Shown: in pieces, positions 49,078-52,754 of the stretch | Layout of the letters: each line of letters begins with the position of its first letter | How positions within the stretch are numbered: the first letter of the stretch is position 1 | Source of the DNA: a virus | Taxonomy: Duplodnaviria; Caudoviricetes | Virus record (IMG/VR): IMGVR_UViG_3300020450_000032 | Location: 1-52,754 of that record | Direction: 5' to 3' (one strand) | Length of the DNA: 52,754 nt | Position numbers and translations under genes: made by a program | The notes under the pieces: generated by a model | Database searches by the model: none | Told to the model about the DNA's origin: nothing | The model's input: the letters and a program-made list of their open reading frames with translations, nothing else

Positions 49078-52000
49078 TTACTGTTCCTCCCAAGTAAGAG
49101 CAGCTGTTAGAGTTGTAGCAGCAGTACCATTGTATGTGCTAGATTGACTTGCAACAACAAATAATGTTTCAACATCATCTGTCAATGGGAATGATAGATA
49201 ATCTTTATTATAGTCAAAGAATTGTTGAAGTGGGAACTGTTCGCCACTATTAGCTGGAGTAAATAAGGTTGTAATTTGTTGACCTGTACCAGGTATAGGT
49301 GTTCTTTGCTCAGTACTAATTGATATAGCAGAGAGTGCAGTTAAAGGTGTATCAGAAGGATTGAAACCACTAGCATCTAATGATGTTGAGTTTGGTTCGT
49401 AATATTCTCCTGCTCTTAAGAAATCACCAAATATCAGCAAGTTGATATTTGTCTTTTCGTATGCATTGAACAAGTATGAACCACCTGCAGAACGTTGAAG
49501 TAATCCAAAAACAGTTATGATATTAGAACTATCACCATCATAGAATCCTTGGAAATATCCAAATGTTGAACTACCTGCATTTAAGTAAATAACATTATTA
49601 AGATTATTACTTATGAGTTCTGTTGGTTTACCAATTGAACCTATGTTAAGTGCATTACCAACATCATATGTTGTTGTAAATGTACCATTAATAGCATCTT
49701 TTGTTTGGAACACTGGACTCTTAAGAAGTTTAACAGTTGCATAAGTTCCAGAATTACCAAGTGATAACCTAGTAGGATAAACCTGTACTCTGTTTCTAAC
49801 ACTGTTAATTTCTTCTCTACACTTAAGACCAAGAAGTATCTTAGGTCTGTCTACTATAAATTTAAAGTTTCCAGAAGCACTATCATCAATAACTTTGTTT
49901 AGATATACTTTATTAGAAGCATTATCTACCCAACAAACTTTTACACCTGGTTCTCTATTAGGAGTAATTACAGTAGCGTTCATTAAGAATGTCAGATCAG
50001 TTATTGACAAACCAGACATTGAATTTGAAACTATAAGATATGGTATCTCAGTTGCTGTACCTGCACCATAGTTATTTGATGATGAAATTGAATCTACAAA
50101 TGTATCTCCAAATACTTCAGCGACTGCAGGAGTTGCATAGTTGAATAAACGAACTGTACCACGGTCACCTCCATCAATATAGTATGAAGCACCATACTTA
50201 ACTAAGTATTCAGATCTTGATGATGAACCTGCAATATAATTTAAATCTCTAAGTTCATTTCTATATCCATAACCAAACTGTGTACCACCACCATACACAT
50301 AATAGGTAATAGGTAGAGTTGGGTTTCCAAGTGAAGCAACCTTTAATTGGTTAGATGCTCTTAAATGATGAACACGTACCCAACGTGCCTCTCCAGAATC
50401 TAATGGAACATATGCTAAGAACAGAGCACCAACAGCACCATACCATGAGAACTCAATCTTATACATGGTTACGTTCTCTGGATTTAAGTTCCAGTTTGAC
50501 GTTCTAGTTGTGGCAGAATCTGTTGCTACATCTATAACTTTTTCGCCAGGAAATCTATTAGATCCATTAGCATAAACTACATCAGAATATAGTACATTTG
50601 AACTAGGTTGACCATCAACCTTTTCTCCACTAAATCTAGAACGTGGAACTCTATACTCATATACAGTCCAGAATTCTGGTTTAACATGGTTATATACCCA
50701 CTCAGATAGTAATTTATCATTTACATAATCAATACCAGTTTTAAGTGTATTAGCACCATCAGCAGTATTAGCAGCAACATCAGTTGTTATATAACCTACC
50801 TTATCTGCAGCTGAATCACCATATGAATATTTGTATGGGAAACATCCGTATGGGTTTAATGCATCAATAATATCAGGATCAACAGCGTTAGGTGTACCTC
50901 TATAAGATCCTTGAGTAGTATTAGGTAATGTAAATGGTGCAGGTGTGACGATACATGGTAAGTTTTTAACTTTTATAACTGCACCTGTTGATGTACCACC
51001 AGCCCATGTATGAGTTGATGTATCAGTAGTATCACCTTGACCACCGTTTACGTTTATAGTAATGGTGTCATTCGTGACCTCTATAATGGGAATTTCTTTA
51101 TTAAACACATAATCAGCACCGTTAGCAGTACCTGCATTTACAGCACGTGGATAAGTTTTATTAGTTGTATTACCATCATTAGCAAAATCACAAGTAAATG
51201 TCAATGAGTTTTCTTTTAATTTAATCTTATCAGCAGTAGTTAATCCATGACCAGCACCAACAGTAAGAACTAGAGCACCTACACCTGTAGGAGTATAAGT
51301 TGCATCAGTAACATCTAATGCATTATTACCATCAGTATAATCCTGAGAACCAAAATCTATTGGAGTAATGTCTGTAAATACACTGGTATCACCATTAAGA
51401 CCATTGGTTGGGTTTCTAGTTAATTTAACTCTCTTTCCTAGTACATCATCTACAAAGTAAATACCGCCATTTACAATAGCATCATTACCTGTACCACCCA
51501 CAGTATTTAAAGCACCAGCACCATCTTTCTTCTTATAGATGTATACTGAAGCACCTCTTCTAAGTCCTTGATGTACAACTCTACCAGTAAATTGTTGATG
51601 ACTATGTACAACAGTAGATTTCTCTAATTCAAATGTAAATGAGTTATTAGTTACATTTGATATTGGATATACATCTTCATCATCTTTTGCAGGATATTTC
51701 TTATTTCCATAAGAACATTTTGTTAATACATCTGTTATTTTGATTCTATCACCATCAGCAATGCTAGAAGTATTACCAGCATCTATAGCAACAAAACCTG
51801 TTGTTACGTTGTAATTAAATCCTGTGATGTTTAATGCAGAATCATACGCTGGTGTAACTGGTGTTGCTGTACCATCAGCAGTCCAATTGTTAATAATTCT
51901 AATTGCACCTGTAGCAGTACCACCAACATACGTATGAGCAGCTCCGTTTGATATTGCACCTGCAGCATTTCCTTGATCATCAATTGCTACTGAAGCATCA

Positions 52001-52754
52001 CCTGATACTTTAACAGTAATAGTTCCAGCTGCTGAATCTGCAGCAGCTATTGGAATTACTCTATTATAAACATAATCTTGTCCTTCAAATTCAACTTTAG
52101 TAACTGGATGATATTTACCTGTTGTATTTGCACCTGTAGCACGAGGATAATATTTGGTCTGAGGACCATTTCCATCTCCAATGTCACATTCAAATCCTAA
52201 TGATTCTGGTTTGATTTTAATAAAATCATTTGTAGTTAATGAATGACCAACACCAATGGTTAATACCATATCACCTGTAGTGACATTATATGTGGCATTA
52301 GTAACGTCTTCTGTAGTATCACTTAATTCTGAAACTGCAGGTTTTCCTACAAATACCTCAAATACTTTATCACCTACTGTACGTCTTACTTGGAATATAT
52401 CAGGTTTATCTGTTTGTGGGAAATTAGCAGTTCCTGTAAATCCTGATAAAGTTAAACCATCAAGTTTAACACTATCTCCCTCTAATAATCCATGATTAGT
52501 AGAAGTTGTGACTCTAGCAACACCAATATTATCAGGTGCCATTGATCCATATTCAAAACCTGTTATAGTAAGAACACTACCTGCATTTTCACCAGTAAGT
52601 TTTGCTACCTTACCACCACTAACATATTCTTGTAAAAATGGAGTAGAACCTGGATATGCTGTTGAGTTGTATAATGATTTACCTATAAAAATATTTAATG
52701 TATTTCCTGTTTTGGACTCAACATAAAAGGTCTTTTGAGAAAATTTGTTGGGAT
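49078..52754 (-). CDS. Giant structural/fibre-type protein, paralogue B; 5' end outside the window
   Basis: Frame stays open from 52542 to the window end; MYKIEFSWYGAVG and KYGASYYIDGGD core; repeated A-Y---TG---LT-G-GH-L...F-C...YPR units. Confidence 0.8.
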   Translation of the reverse strand, partial: PNKFSQKTFYVESKTGNTLNIFIGKSLYNSTAYPGSTPFLQEYVSGGKVAKLTGENAGSVLTITGFEYGSMAPDNIGVARVTTSTNHGLLEGDSVKLDGLTLSGFTGTANFPQTDKPDIFQVRRTVGDKVFEVFVGKPAVSELSDTTEDVTNATYNVTTGDMVLTIGVGHSLTTNDFIKIKPESLGFECDIGDGNGPQTKYYPRATGANTTGKYHPVTKVEFEGQDYVYNRVIPIAAADSAAGTITVKVSGDASVAIDDQGNAAGAISNGAAHTYVGGTATGAIRIINNWTADGTATPVTPAYDSALNITGFNYNVTTGFVAIDAGNTSSIADGDRIKITDVLTKCSYGNKKYPAKDDEDVYPISNVTNNSFTFELEKSTVVHSHQQFTGRVVHQGLRRGASVYIYKKKDGAGALNTVGGTGNDAIVNGGIYFVDDVLGKRVKLTRNPTNGLNGDTSVFTDITPIDFGSQDYTDGNNALDVTDATYTPTGVGALVLTVGAGHGLTTADKIKLKENSLTFTCDFANDGNTTNKTYPRAVNAGTANGADYVFNKEIPIIEVTNDTITINVNGGQGDTTDTSTHTWAGGTSTGAVIKVKNLPCIVTPAPFTLPNTTQGSYRGTPNAVDPDIIDALNPYGCFPYKYSYGDSAADKVGYITTDVAANTADGANTLKTGIDYVNDKLLSEWVYNHVKPEFWTVYEYRVPRSRFSGEKVDGQPSSNVLYSDVVYANGSNRFPGEKVIDVATDSATTRTSNWNLNPENVTMYKIEFSWYGAVGALFLAYVPLDSGEARWVRVHHLRASNQLKVASLGNPTLPITYYVYGGGTQFGYGYRNELRDLNYIAGSSSRSEYLVKYGASYYIDGGDRGTVRLFNYATPAVAEVFGDTFVDSISSSNNYGAGTATEIPYLIVSNSMSGLSITDLTFLMNATVITPNREPGVKVCWVDNASNKVYLNKVIDDSASGNFKFIVDRPKILLGLKCREEINSVRNRVQVYPTRLSLGNSGTYATVKLLKSPVFQTKDAINGTFTTTYDVGNALNIGSIGKPTELISNNLNNVIYLNAGSSTFGYFQGFYDGDSSNIITVFGLLQRSAGGSYLFNAYEKTNINLLIFGDFLRAGEYYEPNSTSLDASGFNPSDTPLTALSAISISTEQRTPIPGTGQQITTLFTPANSGEQFPLQQFFDYNKDYLSFPLTDDVETLFVVASQSSTYNGTAATTLTAALTWEEQ

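Overview
AT-rich fragment of a T4-like cyanomyophage genome (Kyanoviridae type, probably infecting Prochlorococcus or Synechococcus). Almost every gene is on the minus strand. 1-22425 is the late baseplate/virion module: gp25, gp6, a 3240-aa gp7, gp8, a VrlC/DUF4815-type protein, small structural ORFs and a truncated fibre gene, with T4 late promoters (TATAAATA). 22450-25350 holds small conserved ORFs, a manA-type structured RNA with its own sigma70 promoter, a 2OG-Fe(II) oxygenase and a PAAR spike protein. 25349-34060 is an early-gene island of about 27 small ORFs. They are separated by repeated promoter/stem-loop cassettes that carry three different upstream motifs at fixed distances from the -10 box. 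The island also contains a non-coding gap with clustered cyanobacterial DnaA boxes and an Endo VII-type nuclease. 34122-52754 holds five giant fibre/virion-type genes with PA14-like, dockerin-like and LRR features; one is inverted and two form a paralogous pair. All calls come from motif recognition by eye; no searches were run.
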